This document shows, piece after piece, positions 36,965 to 48,748 of a DNA stretch of 64,000 nucleotides (positions are counted from its first letter, which is position 1; each line of letters starts with the position of its first letter). Under the pieces are notes generated by a model, which worked only from the letters and a program-made list of their open reading frames with translations, was not told the DNA's origin and searched no databases. Origin of the DNA: Azolla caroliniana (lineage: Eukaryota; Plantae; Polypodiophyta); assembly GCA_043228905.1 (NCBI GenBank), contig JBHGNT010000001.1, positions 18,538,001 through 18,602,000 on the forward strand. Direction: 5' to 3'. The position numbers and the translations under genes were made by a program.

Positions 36965-37857
36965 TACATAAATACATAAATACATGCATGCATGCATGCA
37001 TATATATACATACATACATTACATATGCATACGGATATGTACATTCGTACATGGACATACATATAGTCATTTATAAATTGCTACATTGACATACACATAT
37101 ATACATTATACACACACACACACACACATACATATATACATAAATAAATAAATACGTAAATACATGCATGCATATATATACATACATACACACACACACA
37201 CACACATACATAAATACATAAATACATAAATACATACATACATTACATATGCATACGGATATGTACATTCGTACATGGACATACATATAATCATTTATAA
37301 ATTGCTACATTTACATACACATATATACATTAGATATATACATAGATATTATCCACATATTACAATCACACATCCATACACATTGAATCATGTGCATTTA
37401 CATATGCATATATGCATACACATACATACATACATACATACATACATACATACATGATATATGCATATATGCACACACATATGTACATTCATACATGAAC
37501 ATACATATAGTCATGTATACATTGCTACATGTACTTGGTTATATGGACATTACATGCATGCATACACATACATACATTACATATGTATATTACATACATA
37601 CACATACATACATATCCCCAAATACACACACATGATCATACACACTACAATAGTACATATACACATACACATACATATATTAGATAAATACATACATATT
37701 ATGCACATATTACAAACAAACATCCATACACATACATACATTAGATATATACATACATATTATGCACATATTACAAACACACATCCATAAACGTTGAATC
37801 ATGTGGAATATGTACATGTACATTGACATATGTATATATGCATAAATATACATACGT
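36485..37857. repeat. TA/CA-rich low-complexity field with longer internal duplications
   Basis: (CA)n and (CATA)n runs; recurring CATTGAATCATGT and ATATGTACATTCGTACATGGACATA blocks. Confidence 0.85.
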
Positions 37858-40475
37858 TGTCGTGAAGATTTCTGGCTTTGGTGTGAAACCGAGATGGAAT
37901 GGGCAAGTCGGCAATGTGCAACATGTGCACATGTGTAGTAGGATAATAGTGTATAGAATAAGGGGGAGAATTTATCCCACATTGTAATGTCCCTCCCTCC
38001 TTAGGCTATAAAAGGAAAGGATGGGTCTCTTGTGAAGGGGTTACCTATTTTGAGTGAGAAGGGTATACCACTTAGGTCGATGGTTTCGTCTAGGGTTTTA
38101 CTATTCTTCTTCTTCTTCATACCATTTTAGGTTTAGGGTTTCTTCTTCATCATCTTCTTTACTTTACTTATCCGGTTAGGGTTTTCTTGTAGTTGTTTTG
38201 GTGCAGCCTATGCGGCCATGGTTGTAATCGTTTGCGGAGTCTTAATATAACTTGTTGTGTATCTTGTCTCCATTTATCTTCTTGTTCCATCCATTCTATT
38301 TTTATGTCCTAATATTTCTCCTCTCCTCTCGAGCTAAGCTTCCATTCCCCCTCTACTCCCTAGTCCAAGACCCTCGCGGTCTCGCCTAAGATTTTACTGG
38401 TACTCGCGGAGTACAGTGACATCTTTGGTAAACCCGACGTGAATAGGGGGCAAGGGAGGACGGAGATGGAAGACGAAGATTTCGACTTCGCAAAGATGAT
38501 GACAAAGATTGTGATTGATGCTAGACGGAAGAAGGCAAGGCAAGATGCGGTTCAACAAGTCGTCGAGAGGGTAGTCGATCGAGTCGGCCGGTTCAACGTG
38601 GACGATGTTCCAAGATTCTTAGAAGATACAATGCCGAGATGACGAAGAGGGGCGTGGACGAAGCAATGAGGCTACAATATTTTTGTCGAGTGGCGGCTGT
38701 ATCAATGCATAGAGAGGTCAAGGAGCTTCGAGAAGCTCACGATTCGTGGGAGTCCTTTGAGGGAGCTTTATTTGAGGTGTACGGGTACGCGAAACCAGAG
38801 TGGGTATGCCGACAAGACGATGATAAGCGGTCGGCCACAACACGGCCCGCGAGCGCCGGAGAAGAGAGGGTGGTGAGCGACTATGCACTACCGCCGGAGG
38901 AGAGCTCAACACGTGATGGATCGGAGGAGTACGACCTAGAGGCGTTAGTATGGGAGGCGTACGAGAGCGTGAAGGCGAAGTTCAAAGCCGAAGGAGGGTC
39001 TATTGCATAGTCGGGCCCGAGAGGATCAGAGGATGCGGAGGAAGAAGCCTCCCTACACATGGAGGATGGGGCCTATGCGGAGGCCAATAGAGCGTACGAC
39101 GGTGACAAGGGAGAGGGTGCGGAGCAAGCAACCCTCTTGTCTTACGGTGAAAGGACGGCCATGGATGAGGTCGATGACTACGGAGCGGGGAGCGGGGAGC
39201 GCCACTTCGAGAGTGGGCGGAGGATTCGGGACACGGTGGCCCGAAACATCAAGTGGGGAGGAGACAAGCGGCGGTGCCGGGACCTTACCCACACTGGTTC
39301 TACAGACTCTGGCGGCAGACCCGAGTGCCGACGTGAGACCTAGATTGACAGATGGTGGTGGGCAACCAAGAAGACGACAAGGAGAATGAGGAAGAGGAGG
39401 AGGCAAGTGTAATCAAGGCTTGCGTAATCAAGGATGGGGTAGTCGCGGACAACGACATCCAGACGGAGGTGGCTACGGACATGACGAGTGGCGGTGCCGA
39501 GACCTTACCCACACCGGTTCTACAGACTCCGGCGGCCGGCCCGAGTGCCGACATGAGACCTAGAGTGACGGACGGTTGCGTCGGCAAGGAGGGTGACCGA
39601 AACGAGAACGAGGAAGATTGTAACGGACGGAGGAGAGATCCCTCAACATCGGGGCCGGAAACTTCGGCGGTTGTGTACCAACATAAGACCGGAGAGATGG
39701 GTGGTGGCCGTGAGGATGCAAGGCCCGGAGTGGGCACGTGCGGAAGGACCGAAAGGGAGGTCGGGAACGGCAAAGAGGAGAGAGTCGGTAATCCGACACA
39801 ACCGGAAGAAGACGCAAAAGAAGATTGGAGCAGGGGTTGGTCAACCGGGCCCAAACCGAAGAAGAGTCGGCAAGGTCGGGATTGTTCGGTCGAACCCGTA
39901 CCGGCCGGTTACAATCATGGAAGAGAGCCGACTGAAACAAGACCCGATTGGCCAACACCGATCCGAGCAAGGGCTATGCCGGCATGATTGGAGGTTGAGG
40001 TACACGAGCCACGACACGCGATGGGAGTCGATGAGCGCAAGGAGGCCAAGTGGGCGCGACGACTATGGTTCAGTAGAAGACCGGAAACAAGAAGAACCCT
40101 CCACACATATTCTGGAGACTTCGGCAGTTGCAGATCAACATAAGACTAGAGAGACGATGGGTGGTGGCGAGGAGTCGGAGGCTGGAGCGGACGAGGTTTC
40201 CAAAACGGGTATCCGGTGCGGAAAGACGGACGAGCGGAGCCAAGAGGGCCAAACAGAGCCGGAAAGGACTACAACGACGAAGGAAGAAGAGGCCAATGCG
40301 GAGGTTGGGACTACGGCGAGTGAAGGGCGTGAAACAGAGCATGCACTACGGTCGGCGAAGGGCCAAGAAACAAGCATGCACCCGGAAGAGCGGCAACAAG
40401 TGACTAGCGATAACGGTCTGGTCGAGCCTTTGAGAGGCAAGCATGGGACGGAAGGCGGAGCGGTGAGTTGCCCGG
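37858..40475 (+). mobile_element. TGTCG-family Gypsy, 5' part: LTR 37858-38421, tRNA-Trp PBS 38426-38443, degenerate gag with a repetitive tail
   Basis: TGTCG start after ACGT; PBS TGGTAAACCCGACGTGAA; VERVVDRVGRFNVDDVPRFL resembles the intact Gag N-terminus; no pol seen. Confidence 0.85.
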
Positions 40476-43400
40476 TATTGAGCGGTAAGCTCAACCGGAT
40501 CCGGATCAGACGAATAAGCCTGAGCCGAATCAACATCCGGAAGGATGAGCCGGATCGGTGAGCCGGTGAGCTGGGGAGCCGGTTAACCGGATCCAACAAT
40601 AACCGGAAGCCTAGTAGCAGCCTAGACTACTTAGTAGTTAATGTCTCGTAGTTAGTGTAAGACGCTCGTGTAAGCATTGAAGTACACCGTACTTCTGTCA
40701 GTCCTCTTAGGACTTGTATAAATATTGTTGTTGAGCACGTTGTATATATAGAGAATTTTATAGAGTTATTGATAATAGATTCAAGTTGTTCTGCTCTTTC
40801 TCTGTCTCTTTTGCGTACCTTTTGTGTATTAATCTCTCTCTCTCTCTCTCTCTTCTGTTGCTATCCGGCTGAGCCGGTTGTCTAACGCTTCCGCACCTTC
40901 ATTTTACATGGTATCAAAGCATGAGGGTTGAGAACCTCTACAGCCAACATTAGCATCTGAAGACAAACCCTAAGACCCGGTAAGAACAGAAAGAGAAGTG
41001 ATGGATAGAGGAATGGCTAGCTCGCTCCCAATGGAGAAGCTCGATAGATCCCACTACGCATCTTGGTCATACAAGATGCACTAGTACCTGCTTGGGCATG
41101 GTTACTGGAGCTATGTCGACGGAACTAACGACACAGCACCGGATGTGGTTCACAAGGACTTCCTAGTGTGGGAACAAGCGGCAAGCAGAGTGATGTACTG
41201 CTTTGCGTCCAGTGTTGGAGATCAGTTGTGGAGCCATGCCGAGATGCCAAGACGCCAAAAGAAGCTTGGGGAAACCTGAACAAGGTTTTCGCGGCAAGCA
41301 CTACGACCCGAAAGTTGCAACTCCGACTGGAGTTGAGCAATGTCCGATAGAAGGACATGTCTGTAGACGATTACACGGCTCAAATCAAAGAGATCTGTGA
41401 CTCACTTGCCTCTATCAGCGTCACTGTATAGGAAGATGAGATGGTGCATATGTGTTTTGGGGCCTAGCGTCTAAGTTCAGAGCATTCCGAACGGCGGTAT
41501 GCACAAGGGAGAATACGTCGTCATTTTTCGACTTACAATCGATGCTCCTTGTAGAGGAGAACCACGCCGGTGCGTCAACGAGTGCACCCACCGACAATCG
41601 GATGTTGTACATGGAGGCAGATCGGCCCTGTGGGCGTGGTTGACGAGGCAGATCGACTCGCCTTGGTAGCGGCCGGCAAGAGTAGGATCGAAGGCACAAA
41701 GATAGTAGGGGGAGTCAAGGCGGCGCCGAAGGCCGACAAATAAAGGCCGACACGGAATGCTAGTATTGTGGTAAAAAGGGCCACCGAGAAAGCGAGTGCT
41801 AGAAGAAGCGCGTTGATTTGGACAGATCTAGAGCCGGCAAGGCCGACAGAGAGAACCGACAATACTCGCACTACACTGAACGATCGAGAAGATCCAAAAC
41901 TAGAAAAGCTGGTAAAGGGCCGCCAACCTTGGTGATGAAACACGAGGCTAACTCGATGAAGAAGACCACTTCCAAATCAGAGGAAGTGTGGTACGTTGAT
42001 TCCGGTTCGTCGAATCACATGACGAACCATAGAGAGTGGTTCTCTTTCTTGGAGAAACCGGAACAACCGGTGTCGTGTGAATCTTCACAAACTATGTAAA
42101 AAATAATGAAGTAAGTATTTTAGATTAGATTAGTAGCTTGTTATAGAAAGATGGATGTTTGAGAAGAAAGGGAAATTAGAACTATGATTTATCCCACATA
42201 GATAGAAAGTTTGACAAGAAAGGGAAAATTATGACTATGATCTATCCCACATAGATAGGAAACTTAAGGTTCTGGCTATATAAGCACCTTGAGATCCCTC
42301 ATTTTTTATTTGTTATTAAGAGCACTTTGGCCACGTTGTCTAGAAGGATGAATGTGGCTAAGTTCCCAAAACTAGCTAGCAATAAAATGGAATCGATCGG
42401 TAATGGGAACCAAATCGGAACCGGCCGGCAAGCTAACTAGAACCAGTCGGCAAGCAAACTGGAATTGGAACCGACAAGCTAACCGAAACCGGCAGCAAGC
42501 TTACCAGAACCGACCGACAAGCAAAACCGGAAACCGAACAGCAAGCAAAATCGAAAACCGGAATCGGCCGGCAAGCAAAACCGGAAATCGGGCCGGTAAG
42601 CAAAACTGGAAACCGGCTAGCAAGCAAACCGAAACCGAAACCGAAACCGGCCAGCAACGAAACCGGAAGCGGTCGGCGATGGATTCGACGATCGGGTGGA
42701 ACTGGCTACCGGACGAGATTGGATCATGCAACAAACTAAAGTAAAGTGAAGAAAACTAAAGTAAAGGCCATGTGGACACAAGCAACTAAAGTTGGAGTGC
42801 ATGCATAAAGTAAAGGTGATGTGGAAGGTGTGCAACAAAAGGTGGAGATCATTCAAAAAGTTTTTAAAAAAAAACACTATGTGGAATGCATGCAAGTGTA
42901 TGGGGGAGAATAAGGAAAAATCCATCAATCAAGAAGGGGGCTATCACTCATAATTCCTAATTTCCATACGGGGGAAGGAAGCTATCTCTCAAGTAAACCA
43001 TAATTTCCATACGGAAGCAATCTCTCTAAAAATCCTAAATTCCTTAGAAAATCCATCTTACTCATAACCCTAAATTTCCATACAGAAGCTATTCAACTCA
43101 TAAAACCATAATCTCTTATCAAACCCTAATTTTCTATAGAATTCATATCTTAATTTCCTCTTATCTATTACTCTAGTAATCTCCATTAACTAAACTTTTT
43201 GTAATCTCAAATTTAAAATTGATTGTAATCTTTCTTTCCCTTTATTAATGAAATTTGTGAATCTTTCTCATTTTGTATTAATTGTTTAATAAAATCATAC
43301 GAATCCGATATCTTCCGGTCGGAGGCCCCGGGGTCCTGCCTCAAGTTCACGTATCCTCGTCGTATTTTCGCGACACCGGGAGTCATTGAAACCGGAGACG

Positions 43401-46400
43401 ACAGTCCTCACCATAATCGTGCATATTGGAGAAGTCCCTTTGAGCCACGTTAGACAGAGGGGGAAGTTGATGAATGTATTACACGTTCCAACTATCACGA
43501 AGAACCTGGTGTCAATCGGTCAGATCGTTGACCAGGGGATGCAGGTGCGGTTTACGCACCTTGGGTGCTTCATCGAGGAAGAGGGCCAGATTATTGCGCA
43601 AAGGCGCAGAGATGGGAGGATGTTCATCCTCAACACCAATGACGTCAGCACCGCTTTGTTCGCCAAAGGACAGAAGATAGAATCGAATATTGATCTTTGG
43701 CACAAGTGGATCGGCCACGTCAATTACTGGAGGCTTCAAGACCTGCAAACGAAACAAGTTGTTTTCAGTTTGCCGAAGATCAGTGGTCGGAAGGTCCAAA
43801 TATGTGAAGCCTGCCAACTCGGGAAGCAACATCGGCTTCCATTCCCCACCAAACAAAATCGTAGCCGTAACAAGCTCGACCTTATTCATTCGGATGTATG
43901 GGGACCGGCACATAATGTTAGTCTTGGCGGGAGTCGATACTTCATCTCCTTCATTGACGACTAGAACCGGCACACATGGATCTACCTCATTGAGCGGAAG
44001 AGTCAAGTCTTCGAGTGTTTCCGGAACCTGCAAAGCCTGGTTGAACGGGAAACAGAGAGGAGGATCAAGTGCTTGCAATCAGATGGCAGAAAAGAATATT
44101 TTTCTAGCCAATTCAACAATTATCTGCAACAAAAAGGAATTCGGAGAGAGTTTAGCTGTAAATACACACCGGAGCAAAATCATGTGGCCGAGAGGAAGAA
44201 CCGGTCGATTATCGACGCGGCAAGGTCGATGCTGGAGGAGAAGAGCATGCCCAAATTCTATTGGGTTGAGCTGGTCCGGATGTCCGTCTATATCCAAAAC
44301 CGGATCAGTGACAAGGTGTGCGCGCATGAGTTGTATTTCAGGCGCACGCCGAATTTGAGACACCTTCGGATATTCGGTAGCATTGCATATGTGCATGTGC
44401 CAGATGATAAGCGGAGGAAGTTGGATGCAAAGTCGGAGAAATGCATCCTGGTCGGTTACTCACATGAGCAAAAGGGGTATAAGTGTTATAACCCCCGGAC
44501 GAAGCAGGTCCGAGTTAGCCAGGATGTTGAGTTTGATGAGATGGCATCATGGTATGCCTTACCGGCTCCGACTTCCGACCCCAAACCGATACCAGAGGAT
44601 GAGGCTAGTGAGCCTGAACCGATCCAGTTAGAAGACGAAGGGTTCGAGACTCTAGATGTGAGTCCGGAATCGTTTCGGTTGAGCGGGCCGAACGAGCGAC
44701 TGGGTCAGACAAACCAGTCGAAAGATGAACAGATGAGTAATGGAGACTCTACCTTGCTCTCCCCATGCAAGGAACCGAGGAGACGGTTCACGCGCAAAGA
44801 GAAGGGGAAGAAGAAGATGTCGAAGCACGAAACCAGCAATGGTGAGTCGGATCGGAGCGGATTCGACTTCAAAAAAGAAGAAGGCGGGTATTTGGCAACA
44901 AAGACCGAACCGGCCAAGAAGTTACACCAGTCTTCCCACCATAAGAACCCCGTGAAGCGGTACGGGTACAATGAGTACATGGCGCATCATTATGCGTACA
45001 TGACCAAGGTGGTGGAAGTGCGTGAGCCGGAGAGCTACGCAGAAGTGGCAAAGGATGCAAATTGGCGTGCCGCTATAGAGGAAGAAATGTGGGCACTTGA
45101 TGCCAACAACACATCGAACCTAGTTGATCCTCCCCGACACTGTAAACCGATCGAATGTAAGTGGGTGTACAAGGTAAAGTACAATGTCGATGGTTCGGTT
45201 AACCAGTACAAGGCCCGGTTAGTGGCGAAGGGATACGCGTAGACCCACGGAATCGATTACGGCGAGACCTTCGCCCCGGTAGCGAAGATGACAACGGTTC
45301 GTGTGGTACTGGCGGTTGCTGCGGCAAGGGGGTGGCATCTTCACCAGATGGACGTGAAGAATGCATTTCTTCAAGGTGACCTTGAAGAATGGGTCTATAT
45401 GATCCAACCTTCCGGTTTCCAGTCGGAGATGAACAAGTCGGCGGTATGTCAGTTGCAGAAGTCACTTTATGGCTTGAAGCAAGCCCCCCGAGCTTGGAAT
45501 GCGAAAATCACGCACCGGTTGCATAAGATGGAGTTTGTGGCCTCCAAGTCTAACTCTTCATTGTTCATCCGGTAAGGTTCGGACGGTCTGGTTTGCATCT
45601 TCCTGTATGTTGATGATCTAGTCATCACCGGACCCGGACTCGATGAAATCAGCCGAGTCAAGTCCCAGCTGTCAGACGCATTTGAGATGAAGGGCCTAGG
45701 GGACCTTCACTATTCCCTTGGGATCAAGGTGGTCCGAACCCCCGACGGCATATTCCTCTTACAAAGACACTATGTGTTGAATATGTTGTACAAGTTTGGC
45801 ATGACGGAATGTCGACCAATCTCCACACCCCTGGACCGGAACCAAAAGCTCTATCCCGACTCCAGACCAGCCTGCGATGAGAAGCGATTCCAACAAATCG
45901 TCGAAAGCCTTATATATTTGACAATTACCCGACCCGACATCAGTTATCCGATCGGCGTGATCAACCAATATATGCATAAGCCAACCGTGGAGCACCTTCT
46001 ATGCGCATATCGAATTTTGTGATATGTGAGCGGCACGAAAGATCGAGGACTGTTATACTAGCATTGTATGACCGAAGAGCTAGTTGGCTACACCGATGCC
46101 GACTGGGCCGGCGATGCATTGGATCACCGATCCACCTCCGGCTATATGTTTTCCCTTGGTTGCGTGGTTGTTGTGTGGAGCAGCAAAAGGCAGCCAACAA
46201 TGGCCCTTTTGAGCATTGAGGTTGAATACCGGGGCACTACAGTTGCCACCTATGAAGCCATTTGGCTTCGGCGACTGCTGCAAGACCTGCGGATCGAGGT
46301 GCTAACCCCGATCCTGATCTACTACGACAACATCAGTAGCATGCAGCTCGCCAAGAACCCCGTACTCCATGCTCGCACAAAGCACATAGAAGTGCACTAC

Positions 46401-47523
46401 CACTTCGTGCGTGAGCGTGTCCTGAGCGGTGAGGTCGAACTTCGGTATGTTCATACGGATCGGCAAGTTGCCCGACATCTTCACCAAACCGCTCGGGTTG
46501 GACAAGTTGCAGCACTTCACCAAAATGCTTGGTATTCAGCATCTCGACGTGCCACACTTGAGGGGGAGAACAGGCAAAGACACCGGAACAGGAAAAGGCA
46601 AAGAAATTGCCAATTGCATTGGTGAGGGTAGAACCGACAAAGGGAGAGATAAGAAGAAGAAAGGAGCCGAGTCGACAAAGGAAGTTTACACATCCGAACA
46701 AGTCGAAACAACCAGCAGCGGCGGTAGAGTCAAGAAGGTCAGAGCCAACCGGAAGAAGAAGGCCAAGACCCGGACATGGTCCGATGTGGTGAAGGGCCTG
46801 GAACCGGTAGACGAATCAGGAGCGACCGATTCGGAGAAAAGCTAGAACAAATCGGAGACAGCCGATTCGGTTCAACAAATGAATTCAGAAGAACTAGATC
46901 CATTCAAGGCCAAGAGGACGAGAATGCAGCAAAAGTCGACACCAACACGAAGGAATCGGCGAATCGGAAAGCGCCGAAGTCACAGCAGCGAGGGAGCTTA
47001 AATTGGGCTTGTTGAGTAGACAAGCCGACCAAGGAGGTCGAGGTGCGTAGAATAAGAAGGGTCACGGAAAACGGGACCGGACCGGACGAGGAGCGCGAGC
47101 GAGGAGGATTGAAGCCAAAAGGAGCCAGGTGGAAGGACCGACTGCCATGGAGACTGACACTACGATTTGACCTCAAGTTGAGCTTGAGGGGGAGTGCTAA
47201 GCGACAAGCTCAATCAGATCCGGATCGGCTGAATAAGCCTGAGCCGGATCGGTGAGTCGGTGAGCTGGGGAGTCGGTTAACCGAATCCAGTAGTAATCGG
47301 GAGCCTAGTAATAGCCTAGACTACTAGGTAGTTAATGTCTCGTAGTTAGTGTCAGACGCTCATGTAAGCATTGAAGTACACCGTACTTCTCTCAGTCCTC
47401 TTAGGACTTGTATAAATAGTGTTGTTGAGCACGTTGTATATACAGAGAATTTTACAGAGTTGTTGATAATAGATTCAAGTTGATCTGCTCTTTCTCTGTC
47501 TCTCCTGCGTACCTTCTATGTAT

Positions 47524-47560
<37 letters not shown>

Positions 47561-47593
47561 GCTATCCGGCTGAGCCGGTTGTGTAACGCTTCC
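40476..47593 (+). mobile_element. Ty1/Copia (degenerate): 5' LTR 40476-40908, PBS 40909-40920, 3' LTR 47195-47593 (end truncated)
   Basis: TGGTATCAAAGC PBS; WYVDSGSSNHMT, IHSDVWGP, SDG.KEY, QMDVKNAFL, YVDD, YTDADWAG; PPT 47183-47194. Confidence 0.92.
42071..43375 (+). mobile_element. Solo LTR of the TGTCG family with 4-bp TSD CCGG, inserted in the Copia protease region
   Basis: TGTCG...CGACA; CCGG at 42067-42070 and 43376-43379; Copia reading EQP|GVIET is restored; AACCGG-rich repeats at 42400-42680. Confidence 0.9.
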
Positions 47594-48280
47594 CAACGAG
47601 GCAGGAAGAAGATAATGCGATGAGGTATACCCCAGACGCGGGTGGAATCCCGACGTGCGATAGAGCTCACCTCGGAAAAGTTGCGATTAGACATTCCTTT
47701 GCTGGATCTCGATGAAAGCGTGGTCGATTCTACACTTATCGAGCATGGCTTCATTGGATAGGAGGTCATCTCCGGAGTTCACCTAGACTTCGAAACCACC
47801 AACAGAAGTGGTTTTGAAACCAACCACAGTAGTAATCACACACCGCTTATAACAGATCATGTGCATGACAACATTAACCTTTACAACTCCAACAACATGA
47901 CGTTTTCGTATCCCCATTAAAATGGTGAACCTGATGCAGAGGCACGTGTGAGGTCATTCCTCAACATGTGGCAAGCCAACCACGTGTAGCAACAACAAGT
48001 GAAAGATGATGCCAACACGTCGGAAATCGCAGAGTTCGGGCTCACTCTCGACGGCAAGGCGGCAAGGCAACATTCACAGGTCAACTTGGCCATGATTACG
48101 ACTTTCGAACAACTACGAACGGTGTTCCTTCGCATGTTCCATTGACACGTTCCACAACAAGAAATTATTAGTCAATTCTAGTCGATTCGATAGTATGACC
48201 ATGAACCCATTTCCGACTTCCTAATCCATTTCCAAAATCTCCAGAGCTAGTAAACACAGCTACCCACGGAAGGGGTTTAA
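47594..48280 (+). pseudogene. Degenerate retrotransposon gag fragment
   Basis: NGEPDAEARVRSFL...EFGLTLDGKAA...TFEQLRTVFLRMF...EPISDF..F, with stops. Confidence 0.6.
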
Positions 48281-48289
48281 ATTAATCGG

Positions 48290-48748
48290 TGACATATAGA
48301 ATATATATATAAGGGTATTAATAAATATTTGAAAATATATTTACATAAGGGTATTATCAATTATGCTGGAAAACAATTTTATATAAGCCCATGAAATATT
48401 AGATATTTTAATGAGATAGTAAAGAATATATTATGCAAACAATACTCAAATTTGGAGTAGCATACATACATACATATACATGCATGCATCCATATATACC
48501 TACATTCAAACATTACATCCATGAATATGTATATACATACATTATACCCATTTATACATGCATTCTGACTAAACATAAATATATGTACAAATATATATTA
48601 CCATATGTAAATATGTACATACACATACATATATACATTACATATTAGAATCAACCATATATATTGACATACATATATATATATAACATACATAACATTA
48701 CATGTTACATATATATACATTACACATTCTTACAAACATATTTTATAT
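48290..48748. repeat. TA/CA-rich low-complexity field
   Basis: Same composition as 34910-37857. Confidence 0.75.

Noticed and set aside
35180-37982. H/I/Y/T- and C/V/M-rich ORFs as proteins
   Set aside because: They are translations of TA/CA simple repeats.
46569-47180. env-like gene in the Copia 3' region
   Set aside because: The tail is hydrophilic with no transmembrane segment and is contiguous with pol.
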